Shown piece by piece: positions 26,959 to 35,397 of a stretch of 64,000 nucleotides of DNA. The DNA is from an uncultured Parcubacteria group bacterium (GTDB lineage Bacteria > Patescibacteriota > Patescibacteriia > UBA9934 > CAMTUG01): NCBI GenBank assembly GCA_947084965.1, contig CAMTUG010000001.1, positions 74,166 through 138,165 on the forward strand, read 5' to 3'. Under the pieces are notes generated by a model. It saw only the letters and a list, made by a program, of their open reading frames with translations, was not told the origin of the DNA and ran no database searches. The translations under genes and the position numbers were made by a program. Numbering within the stretch: the stretch's first letter is position 1; the number at the start of each line of letters is the position of its first letter.

Positions 26959-28947
26959 ATGGCGATTGAAATTGGCAAATTAGATTTTCCCAAAGAGATT
27001 CGGCCGCCGGCGCCGGTGAAACCGCCTTCTGCGGAAGAGTTGCGCGCGGCGCAAGAACGGGTGGCGCTGGAAGAAGAGCGGATCTATCGCCGCGGGGTCG
27101 TTTCGATTAAGGATCTGATCGCTCCGGCGAGTTTTGAAGTCACCCCGGAATATGTTCGGCTCGGCGACACGTATGTGCGGACGATGTTTGTCGTCAACTA
27201 TCCGCGCTACGTTGGGGTGGGCTGGTCTGCACCGATCATTAATTTCAACGCCACGCTCGATATCGGGATGTTCTTTTATCCCGTGCCGGCGCCGATTATT
27301 TTGAAGCAGTTGAAAAAGAAGGTCGGTATTCTCGAAGCGACGATCGTGGCGGACTCAGAAAAAGGGATGCCGCGCGATCCGATGCGCGAAACGGCGTTGC
27401 GCGACATTGAATCGTTACGCGATAATCTGACGCAGGGGGTCGAGCATTTTTTCCAGTTTGCTTTTTACGTTTCCATTTACGCCAAAAACAAGGATGAACT
27501 GGATAACCTTTCCAAGCAGATTGAATCGCAGTTCGGTTCGAAGTTGATTTACACCAAGACCGGTTATTATCAGAGCGAGCAAGGGTTCAACTCGACGATG
27601 CCGCTTGGCAACGACGAATTGACGATCACCTTCAACATGAACACCAGCCCGATCGCTTCGTCCTTTCCGTTCATTTCGGCGGACTTAACGAGCGATCATG
27701 GGATTTTGTACGGGATCAATCGTCATAACAACTCGCTCATTCTCTTCGACCGTTTTTCGTTGCCGAACGCCAACGCCTGTGTTTTTGCGACCTCTGGTGC
27801 AGGGAAGTCGTACACGGTGAAACTCGAAGTACTGCGCTCGATGATGATGGGGTGTGACGTCTTGATTATCGATCCGGAAATGGAATACAAGCATCTTTCG
27901 GACGCGGTTGGCGGAAGTTACATCAACATTTCACTCGCTTCAGAATCGAAGATCAATCCGTTCGACCTGCCGCGTGCGAAAGGGGAAGAGACGAAATCTG
28001 AAGATATCATTCGCAGCGCGGTTATCACCATCAAGGGGCTGTTGCGCATCATGATCGGTCTGCCTTCGGGTGAGCAGGGCAAGCTTGGATTTACGCCAGA
28101 AGAAGATTCGATTCTCGACCGGGCGTTGCTCGAAGCGTACGCCAAGCGCGACATCACCGCGGATACCCGCGATCTTTCCGTGGTTGAGCCGCCAATTTTG
28201 CAAGATTTGATCGATGTGCTTGAAGGGATGGAAGGGGCCAATCAGCTCGTTGCGCGTCTGAATAAATATACGGACGGAACGTTCGCTGGGTTACTCAACT
28301 CGCCAACTACGGTCGAAACCCGCAATCAGCTTGTTGTCTTTTCGGTCCGCGATTTGGAAGACGAGCTGCGTCCGATCGCCATCTATACGATCGTCAACTA
28401 CATTTGGAACGTGGTGCGTTCGGAACGCAAGAAGCGCATTTTGGTGATTGATGAAGCCTGGTGGTTGATGCAGCACGAAGATTCAGCTAAGTTTATTTTT
28501 GCTCTGGTCAAACGCTGCCGCAAATATTATCTTGGAGTCACAACGATCACTCAGGATGTGAATGATTTCTTAGGCTCACCGTACGGACAGGCGATTGTCA
28601 CCAACTCGCAGATGCAGATTTTGATGAAACAATCTCCGGCGTCGGTAGATCTGATTCAAAAAACGTTCAACCTGACGGACGGAGAAAAGTTCTTGCTGAT
28701 GGAATCCGGCGTTGGGGAAGGGATCTTCTTTGCCGGACGCAATCACGCGGCGATCAAGATCGTTGCCTCCTACGCAGAAGATCAGATCATCACGACCGAC
28801 CCGCGGCAATTACTGCAGATTGAGGAATCTAAAAAAGAGTTTGAGGCGGCGTTAGCCGAAGCGGCTGGGCCAGAGGACGAAGTCGTTTCTGATGAACCGG
28901 CATCAGCCCCAACAACGGAATCAACCCCTCAACCACCAACAGCATAA
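26959..28947 (+). CDS. T4SS ATPase VirB4/TrbE/CagE family
   Basis: Walker A FATSGAGKSYTV, Walker B VLIIDPE. Confidence 0.85.
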   Translation: MAIEIGKLDFPKEIRPPAPVKPPSAEELRAAQERVALEEERIYRRGVVSIKDLIAPASFEVTPEYVRLGDTYVRTMFVVNYPRYVGVGWSAPIINFNATLDIGMFFYPVPAPIILKQLKKKVGILEATIVADSEKGMPRDPMRETALRDIESLRDNLTQGVEHFFQFAFYVSIYAKNKDELDNLSKQIESQFGSKLIYTKTGYYQSEQGFNSTMPLGNDELTITFNMNTSPIASSFPFISADLTSDHGILYGINRHNNSLILFDRFSLPNANACVFATSGAGKSYTVKLEVLRSMMMGCDVLIIDPEMEYKHLSDAVGGSYINISLASESKINPFDLPRAKGEETKSEDIIRSAVITIKGLLRIMIGLPSGEQGKLGFTPEEDSILDRALLEAYAKRDITADTRDLSVVEPPILQDLIDVLEGMEGANQLVARLNKYTDGTFAGLLNSPTTVETRNQLVVFSVRDLEDELRPIAIYTIVNYIWNVVRSERKKRILVIDEAWWLMQHEDSAKFIFALVKRCRKYYLGVTTITQDVNDFLGSPYGQAIVTNSQMQILMKQSPASVDLIQKTFNLTDGEKFLLMESGVGEGIFFAGRNHAAIKIVASYAEDQIITTDPRQLLQIEESKKEFEAALAEAAGPEDEVVSDEPASAPTTESTPQPPTA

Positions 28948-28950
28948 CGT

Positions 28951-29526
28951 ATGACAGTCTCAAATCGTGCCAAAGCGATTATCGCCGGCGTCCTCGTGCT
29001 TATCGCTCTTATTTTGATCATCATCTTTTTGCCGCGCCCGGGCGCGGAGCCGGCTCCTGAACCGACGGTGACGCCGACAGAGCTGCCGGTTACGGATACA
29101 ACTCCGAAGACACCGACGCCAGAACCTGAGCCGACGATCACTCCAGAACGCCAGCAGGAAGTGTCGCTCTCGACGGTCGGGAAGATTTTCGTCGAGCGTT
29201 ACGGATCATATTCATCAGAAAGTGACCTGGCGAATATCGAAGACATCTTGCCTCTGGCGACGACGCGCTACCAAACGGAGCTTGAAAATTTCATCGAGGA
29301 TTCCCGTGCGGGGGGTTCGGCAACGACCTACTACGGCGTCTCCACACGCGTCTTGTCTGTCGAGGTGACGGAAAGCACAGCCGGGACAGCGACACTTACT
29401 GTTTTGACGCAACGTGAAGAATCGCGTGGAAGCGTCCAGGACGCGTCCATTCGCTATCAATCGATCGTTTTAGAACTCGTTAAAACGGGGGACACATGGT
29501 TGGTCGACAGCGCCATTTGGCAATAA
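28951..29526 (+). CDS. Bitopic membrane protein with Pro/Thr linker and NTF2-like C-domain (VirB8-like candidate)
   Basis: N-terminal TM, PEPTVTPTELP linker, globular C-domain. Confidence 0.35.
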   Translation: MTVSNRAKAIIAGVLVLIALILIIIFLPRPGAEPAPEPTVTPTELPVTDTTPKTPTPEPEPTITPERQQEVSLSTVGKIFVERYGSYSSESDLANIEDILPLATTRYQTELENFIEDSRAGGSATTYYGVSTRVLSVEVTESTAGTATLTVLTQREESRGSVQDASIRYQSIVLELVKTGDTWLVDSAIWQ

Positions 29527-30128
29527 TTCTCAACGCTCTCTTTCCGGAGTATTGCCTGCGGTGCAGAAAGGAGGGGAGCGTTTTGTGTTCTTGGTGTGAA
29601 ATGAATTACGTCCCTCATCCGATCTGGCGCGATGCCGTTTTTTCCGTCGGGGCCTACCATGATCCGGTTCTACAGGGATTACTGCGGACCTGGAAGTATC
29701 ACGGAGTTACGAGTGCGCGCCAGGCTCTGTTTCGACTGACTGAACGGACGATCGAGGATTATGCGGCGGTGCTTCCTGCGATCGATGCCGTCAGTTTTGT
29801 GCCGCTCCATAAACGAAAGCGCAATCTGCGAGGGTTTGATCAAGCAGAGATGATCGCTGTAGGTGTGGCTCGGGTGCTTGAAGTTCCGATGATTTCTTTC
29901 GTCCGCAGAACACGCTTTACCGAATCACAAGCACAGACCGATCGCGAAGATCGTGATACGACGGAGTTTTTCAACGCGTTTGCTCTTCGTGATTCTTTGC
30001 AATCTGTTCCTGGGAGCGTTCTTCTGGTCGATGATGTCTATACGACCGGCACGACGTTTCGTTCCGCGGCCGCAGCTCTTGAGGCGGCAGGAACAACGAT
30101 CACAGGACTTACGATTGCCAGAGGATAA
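29496..30128 (+). CDS. comFC: ComF family phosphoribosyltransferase-domain competence protein
   Basis: N-terminal Cys4 finger CLRC..CSWC, C-terminal PRTase motif LLVDDVYTTGTT. Confidence 0.75.
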   Translation: MVGRQRHLAIILNALFPEYCLRCRKEGSVLCSWCEMNYVPHPIWRDAVFSVGAYHDPVLQGLLRTWKYHGVTSARQALFRLTERTIEDYAAVLPAIDAVSFVPLHKRKRNLRGFDQAEMIAVGVARVLEVPMISFVRRTRFTESQAQTDREDRDTTEFFNAFALRDSLQSVPGSVLLVDDVYTTGTTFRSAAAALEAAGTTITGLTIARG

Positions 30129-30130
30129 AT

Positions 30131-30159
30131 TTGACACCCATTTTTTTCGGTGCTATTCT
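30131..30159 (+). promoter_or_regulatory. sigma70 promoter TTGACA-17-TGcTATTCT driving a 155-nt leader of the GC-rich gene
   Basis: Consensus -35, 17 nt, extended -10. Confidence 0.55.
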
Positions 30160-30313
30160 TGCATTGTATGAAGCGTTTGATCAGCAATTTCTGCCATCAC
30201 AACCTCCTCTCTTCGAGAGCGGGTTGAGTTGATGTTGCATCGCAAACATAAAAGCAGCCCCCTCTCGCAAGAGAGGGGGCTTTGCATTCAGCGAAACAAA
30301 CACGGAGTGAAAG

Positions 30314-31222
30314 ATGAACTCGAAGGAACTTCTTCGCGGTTGGTTCGAGGCGTCCGGTGATGACATGAAGGTCGGCGAGACGATTGGGGCGGAGGTGGAG
30401 ACGAGCGTTGTCGGCGAAGACGGTCAGCCGATCACGGTCGAGAAGTCTCAGGAGATCTTCCGGCTTCTCGCGACCTCCGGTCGTGAATGGACGGTCCGCA
30501 CGCGGAAGGGGAATCTCGTGACCGAGATCGTGCATGATCATGTCGGCTCGATGCTCTATGAGCTCGGGCGGCAGAACATCGAGATCGCCACGCTTCCGGC
30601 CACGTCGCGGGAGCGCTGTCAGGGCAAAGTTTTCCAGGGCATCTGGGACCTGAAGTGGGCGGCGGAAGAGGTCGGTGCTCGTTTGTGGCACCGCCCGATC
30701 ATCAACACCGATGAGGATCTTCTCGTCATCCCGGATGAGCGCGACGCGACCTGGCTCGATCTCGACGGCCGTGAGGCGCTCACCCTCCTGACCAAGTGCT
30801 CCGCCGTGCAGTTCACGGTCGGTGTGCCGCGCAGCCGGGCGATCGGGGTCATCAACCGCCTCGGGGATCGTATCGATGACTTCCTCAAGGACTACCCTCA
30901 GGAGGCGCTCTGGCGGGACTACATCGCCACGTCCAAGGCGGGGTATCGTCCTGATCGCTATGGTGGCCCGCTCCACTTCCGTGACCTCGAGCACTACTGC
31001 GAAGAGCTGGTGCGTCACGATGTGGTCCAGAACGGTCGGCTCGTCCCGCACAGCGAGATCGCCGATCTCGACATCCCGCTCTTCCTGCGCTCGGTCTGGT
31101 GGTACTTTCGTCTGAAGAAGTACGGCCGCCGCCTGGCGATCGAAGTCCGTCCGATGCCCCGTCGCGAAGATGCCTACATCTTCGAGCAGCTCGACACCGT
31201 TCTCCAGATCATGGGACAATAG
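30314..31222 (+). CDS. Carboxylate-amine ligase / glutamate-cysteine-ligase family 2-like protein (tentative), GC-rich
   Basis: N-terminal GxExE (TIGAEVETSV), IEIATLP, C-terminal IEVRPMP resemble the GCS2/YbdK family; GGAG RBS; about 62 % GC. Confidence 0.35.
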   Translation: MNSKELLRGWFEASGDDMKVGETIGAEVETSVVGEDGQPITVEKSQEIFRLLATSGREWTVRTRKGNLVTEIVHDHVGSMLYELGRQNIEIATLPATSRERCQGKVFQGIWDLKWAAEEVGARLWHRPIINTDEDLLVIPDERDATWLDLDGREALTLLTKCSAVQFTVGVPRSRAIGVINRLGDRIDDFLKDYPQEALWRDYIATSKAGYRPDRYGGPLHFRDLEHYCEELVRHDVVQNGRLVPHSEIADLDIPLFLRSVWWYFRLKKYGRRLAIEVRPMPRREDAYIFEQLDTVLQIMGQ

Positions 31223-31267
31223 TCCTGGAAAAATCAGAGGGGAGGCGCTCCTCCCCTCGCTCCTCTT

Positions 31268-32023
31268 ATGAAAATTCTTTTTCTCGATATTCTCGGTGAT
31301 GACCCGGCGCTGTACAGGTCGATTGAAACGATTATCTATCGTGGTGCGGCATTTCCAGAGCGGACCCGCATAAGCGGCGGACTCAAACCTGGAGAACTTA
31401 CGCGGGTAGTGGCGTACAAAGGGGTCTTTCCGGAGCCAAAAGGGTTTGATGGTGTGATCATCAGCGGTTCGGCGATGAATTCGGTCAAGGGCGAAGAGAA
31501 ACCGTGGATGAAAAAGACGTACGCCTACATTCGGCGGCTGATCCGCGCGGATCTACCGATCCTCGGTATTTGCGGCGGGCTGCAGTTTACCGCGCGTGCT
31601 CTCGGCGAAGAGGTGGTCTATAACAAGCACGGGCGGAATATGGGGACGGATAAGACAGAACTTACGCCTGCAGGGCAGAAGGATCCTCTATTTCATGGAG
31701 TTTCAAAAGGGTTTTTGGCTCAAGTGAGTCACCGTTGCATTGTGAAGAAGATCCAACCGTCCTGGAGATTATTAGCCAAGTCCGCCAAGTCCCCGTACGC
31801 CGCCTTTTCGATCGGCGACAAGATTCGGTTGGTTCAGTTTCATCCAGAGATCCCTCCCACGGTGATGCGTCGTATGGCACGCCAGCGACGACCAGCTCTT
31901 GAAGCCGAGGGGCGTGTGAGGCGAGGGGAGATGGGGGCGTTCCTCGCGGCGATTCATGATCCTAAAAGGGATGGACGAAGGATTTTGCGCAATTTTATCC
32001 GCTCTTTTATCGCTCCGCGGTGA
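31268..32023 (+). CDS. Class I glutamine amidotransferase-like (C26 peptidase fold) protein
   Basis: Catalytic ILGICGGLQ Cys and VQFHPE His motifs. Confidence 0.7.
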   Translation: MKILFLDILGDDPALYRSIETIIYRGAAFPERTRISGGLKPGELTRVVAYKGVFPEPKGFDGVIISGSAMNSVKGEEKPWMKKTYAYIRRLIRADLPILGICGGLQFTARALGEEVVYNKHGRNMGTDKTELTPAGQKDPLFHGVSKGFLAQVSHRCIVKKIQPSWRLLAKSAKSPYAAFSIGDKIRLVQFHPEIPPTVMRRMARQRRPALEAEGRVRRGEMGAFLAAIHDPKRDGRRILRNFIRSFIAPR

Positions 32024-32064
32024 CTTTACGAAATGGCCTGAATCGGCTATGATCGCTGTCGCAT

Positions 32065-32155
32065 GGAGAGGTACCCAAGTGGTTGAAGGGGACGGTTTGC
32101 TAAATCGTTAGGGGTCGCAAGGCCCGCGAGGGTTCGAATCCCTCCCTCTCCGCCA
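32065..32155 (+). tRNA. tRNA-Ser (anticodon GCU), CCA encoded
   Basis: Cloverleaf with long variable arm; anticodon loop ttGCTaa. Confidence 0.85.
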
Positions 32156-32175
32156 TGCAAATTTTGTGCTATGAT

Positions 32176-32265
32176 GGTGGGGTGCTCGAGTGGTTTAAGA
32201 GAACAGTCTTGAAAACTGTCGTGGGTGAAAGCTCACCGTGAGTTCGAATCTCACCCCCACCGCCA
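32176..32265 (+). tRNA. tRNA-Ser (anticodon UGA), CCA encoded; preceded by TGcTATGAT -10
   Basis: Acceptor ggtgggg/ccccacc, anticodon loop ctTGAaa, long variable arm. Confidence 0.85.
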
Positions 32266-32267
32266 TT

Positions 32268-32762
32268 ATGGAAACAACGACAACGCCTTCCTACGGAAAA
32301 TCAATTATCTCCTGGGACACTTGGGACGGAGCCAAACATGATCGTTCGGTTTGGTGGTACGTCCTCACCGGAGCGATCGGTGTGGCCTTACTCCTTTACG
32401 CTATTTTGACCGCCAGTTTTCCGTTTGCGGTGATCATCCTGATGGTCGGGATTATCACCCTCATGTCCCATTTGCGTGATCCGGAACAGATCACCGTTCA
32501 TATTACGACGAGTGGAGTGTTGGTAGGTCGACACTTTTATGGCTGGAAGGAGATCAAGAATTTTTCGATCGTTTATAACCCCCCGCGCGTCAAATTGCTC
32601 TACCTCGATTTTCAAAGTCGGTGGATCCCACTAACCTCTGTTCCCCTCGATGACATGGATCCAAATGACGTCCGTGACGCCTTGAAACCGTACGCGGTTG
32701 AAAATCTTGAGCGGGACGAGGAATCATTGACAGACTTCCTCAACCGGGTGTATAAACTCTAA
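32268..32762 (+). CDS. Small membrane protein (2 TM), unknown function
   Basis: Starts METTTTPSY 3 nt after tRNA; two hydrophobic helices. Confidence 0.55.
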   Translation: METTTTPSYGKSIISWDTWDGAKHDRSVWWYVLTGAIGVALLLYAILTASFPFAVIILMVGIITLMSHLRDPEQITVHITTSGVLVGRHFYGWKEIKNFSIVYNPPRVKLLYLDFQSRWIPLTSVPLDDMDPNDVRDALKPYAVENLERDEESLTDFLNRVYKL

Positions 32763-32902
32763 GCTTAGCGAGTGAAACCGCTCCAAACGTTCAGTTACAA
32801 GGCGCGGGGAGGCGACGAGGAGACGTCCAAAACGTACGTTGACGAAGTCGTCGGGGCCCCGCAACGCAGTAAATGAATGTTTGGTGCGGTTTCACATTAC
32901 AA

Positions 32903-32979
32903 GCGCCCGTAGCTCAGTTGGATAGAGCGTCAGGTTGCGGACCTGAAGGTCGCATGTTCGAGTCATGCCGGGCGCACCA
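32903..32979 (+). tRNA. tRNA-Arg, anticodon reads GCG (unusual), CCA encoded
   Basis: Acceptor gcgcccg/cgggcgc, D-loop with A20, T-loop TTCGAGT, anticodon loop ttGCGga. Confidence 0.75.
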
Positions 32980-32985
32980 CAAAAT

Positions 32986-33016
32986 AAAAAACACCCACCG
33001 GGTGATTTTTTATTTT
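32986..33016 (+). terminator. Rho-independent terminator after tRNA-Arg
   Basis: caccc-acc-gggtg hairpin then ATTTTTTATTTT. Confidence 0.6.
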
Positions 33017-33162
33017 GCGGCATGACTCGAAATGGGGAAAGGGGTTCGGGGAAAACGGGAGTTTTCCCCGCGAGGCCGCGGCGGAGGAAGGGGTGACAGC
33101 GAGCATATGCGAGCGCCAGAGGGGAAACGACGTTTCCCCATGGAGAGGAGCGGAGCGACGAT

Positions 33163-33222
33163 GTTCGCGTCATGCCGGGCGCACCACAAAATAAAAAACA
33201 CCCACCGGGTGATTTTTTATTT
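33163..33222 (+). repeat. 60-nt direct duplicate of tRNA-Arg 3' end plus terminator (attR-like)
   Basis: 59/60 identity to 32956-33015. Confidence 0.7.
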
Positions 33223-33245
33223 CTGGCGTGTTACTGTGCGCCCAT

Positions 33246-35243
33246 ATGCTGCCCCTTAGTGCAATCCCTGGACTCGGTCCTAAAGCGATCGCTGATTTAA
33301 AGCGGCTGGGGGTTTTGTCTGTCGCCGATCTGCTGGCTCATTATCCTTTGCGTTACCAAGATCTGTCACACAAGGTGACGACGGCAGAGTTGCATGCAGG
33401 GGAAACAGTGACGATCGATGGGGTAATAAAGTCGATCGCATCGCGCATCACGCCGCATCGCCGGATGACCTTAATCGAAGCCGTTTTGAGTGATGATCAT
33501 GGATCGGTCAAAGTGATCTGGTTTAATCAACGCTATTTGATGAAAGCTCTGCATCCCGGAAGCCTAGTGAGGTTATCTGGGCAGGTGACGCTCGGTCCGC
33601 GCGGGTTGCAGTTCACCAATCCGACCTTTGAACTGCAGCGGGCGGGGGAGTCGGTGCATACCGGACGGATCGTGCCGATCTATCCGCTGACCGGCGGAAT
33701 CACCCAGAAACGGATTCGTTCGGCTGTGGCGTGGGCGATGAAGGTCGTGCCGATCGCAGACTGGTTGCCAGAGGAGGTCAAAGAACGCGAGGATTTGATC
33801 GACTTGGTGGAGGCGGTCCAGCAGATTCATCTGCCAGATTCTTTTAAGGCGGTCGAAGAGGCCAGGAAGCGGTTGCAATTTGATGAACTGTTTTTGTACG
33901 AGTTGACGCATCTGAAGTCACGGGCTGAGTTGAAGAAGCTCACCGCGCCGTCGATCCCTTCGTCGATCGATGCGGTTAAAACATTCGTGGCGTCCCTTCC
34001 GTTTGAGTTAACCGGAGCACAGCGCAAAGCGGCTTGGCAGATTATGCAGGATATGGAGCGGGGTGAGCCGATGAATCGACTGCTCGAAGGGGACGTTGGA
34101 TCAGGAAAGACGGTGGTGGCCGCGATCGCGGCGTTCAATGCCGCTCAGAGTGGATTTCAAACCGCCGTATTGGCACCAACGGAGATTCTTGCGGAACAGC
34201 ACGATCGATCATTTGAGAAGCTCGGTCTGAACGTTTCGTTAATTACAAGTTCGCACGATGGAGACCCGTTGGCCGATGTCGTTGTTGGTACACACGCCTT
34301 ACTCGAGACGAAGATTCAGTTTCGTAAGCTTGGATTAGTTGTCGTTGATGAACAGCATCGTTTCGGGGTGCGCCAGCGGCAGGCGCTACAAGAGAAAGAG
34401 ATCGAGAACGTTGGTGTGCCGCATTTATTGTCGATGACCGCCACGCCGATTCCGCGTACACTGGCCCTAACGCTCTACGGAGATCTTGATCTATCCGTGC
34501 TCGATGAACTTCCGAAGGGTCGCAAACCGATTGCGACACGACTGGTGAAGTACGGCAAAGAGGCGGAGATGTACAAGCATGTGCGGAGTGAGCTTGATCT
34601 GGGGCGTCAGGCGTTTGTTGTCTGCCCCCTGATCGATTCTTCTGAAGAAGTTGCAGCAAAGTCCGTCACCGATCTGTTCGCGCTGCTCACAGCAGGGGAG
34701 CTGAAGGCGTACCGTTGTGTGATGCTGCATGGGCGGATGAAGAGCGAGGAGAAAGATGCGATCATGCAGGCGTTCAAGCGCGGAGAGATAGACGTGTTGG
34801 TGGCGACCACGGTGATCGAGGTTGGCGTTGATGTGCCGAATGCGACGGTGATGTGCATCGAGGGGGCAGAGCGGTTTGGACTAGCTCAAATGCACCAGCT
34901 GCGTGGGCGTGTTGGGCGTTCGGACAAGCCGTCGTTTTGTTATCTAAATCCGAGTGGGTTTGTTCCTGAAAAAACATACGAGCGCCTTAAGGCGCTCGTC
35001 GATTGTCAGAATGGGTTTGAGCTTGCCGAACGTGATTTGGCATTGCGCGGGTCAGGGGAGCTCTATGGCACGCAGCAGTCTGGCTACCCAGAGTTTAAGA
35101 TCGCAAATATTTTTGATGCGCCGCTTATTTCGAAGGCGCGGAACGCGGCGGCGGATCTGTTAAAAGAGGATGGGGAATTGGTGGAGCATCCGGCCGTGCG
35201 TGCTCGATTGGAGGAATATGTGCATCGAGTGCACTTTGAGTAG
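33246..35243 (+). CDS. recG: ATP-dependent DNA helicase RecG
   Basis: Wedge domain, DVGSGKTVVA Walker A, DEQHRFG; possible GTG start at 33228. Confidence 0.9.
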   Translation: MLPLSAIPGLGPKAIADLKRLGVLSVADLLAHYPLRYQDLSHKVTTAELHAGETVTIDGVIKSIASRITPHRRMTLIEAVLSDDHGSVKVIWFNQRYLMKALHPGSLVRLSGQVTLGPRGLQFTNPTFELQRAGESVHTGRIVPIYPLTGGITQKRIRSAVAWAMKVVPIADWLPEEVKEREDLIDLVEAVQQIHLPDSFKAVEEARKRLQFDELFLYELTHLKSRAELKKLTAPSIPSSIDAVKTFVASLPFELTGAQRKAAWQIMQDMERGEPMNRLLEGDVGSGKTVVAAIAAFNAAQSGFQTAVLAPTEILAEQHDRSFEKLGLNVSLITSSHDGDPLADVVVGTHALLETKIQFRKLGLVVVDEQHRFGVRQRQALQEKEIENVGVPHLLSMTATPIPRTLALTLYGDLDLSVLDELPKGRKPIATRLVKYGKEAEMYKHVRSELDLGRQAFVVCPLIDSSEEVAAKSVTDLFALLTAGELKAYRCVMLHGRMKSEEKDAIMQAFKRGEIDVLVATTVIEVGVDVPNATVMCIEGAERFGLAQMHQLRGRVGRSDKPSFCYLNPSGFVPEKTYERLKALVDCQNGFELAERDLALRGSGELYGTQQSGYPEFKIANIFDAPLISKARNAAADLLKEDGELVEHPAVRARLEEYVHRVHFE

Positions 35244-35285
35244 TCGTGGGGTCTCGAAAAGTACTTTTTTCGAAGGTATATCGGT

Positions 35286-35362
35286 CAGGTTAACATCGGG
35301 TTAATCCTAGGTAACGATTAGGTAACATCCAGGTTAAGGTTCAAAAAATAGTTTTTTGAGAT
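35286..35362. repeat. Iteron-like repeat (five helically phased AGGTWAC units plus A/T hairpin), copy A
   Basis: About 80 % identical to 57934-58005. Confidence 0.6.
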
Positions 35363-35397
35363 GCCCAGAGCCGCGAGGATAATTCGTGAATTTGCCC

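Noticed and set aside
30197-31219. 340-aa minus-strand ORF
   Set aside because: Mirror ORF of the GC-rich GCS2-like gene. The plus-strand gene has an RBS and recognisable motifs.
32763-32900. Possible tRNA pseudogene or second att site upstream of tRNA-Arg (direct repeat ttacaaggcgc / ttacaagcgcc and inverted gtgaaaccgc / gcggtttcac)
   Set aside because: The repeats are short (10-11 nt) and no cloverleaf can be drawn. Noted only as weak local symmetry.
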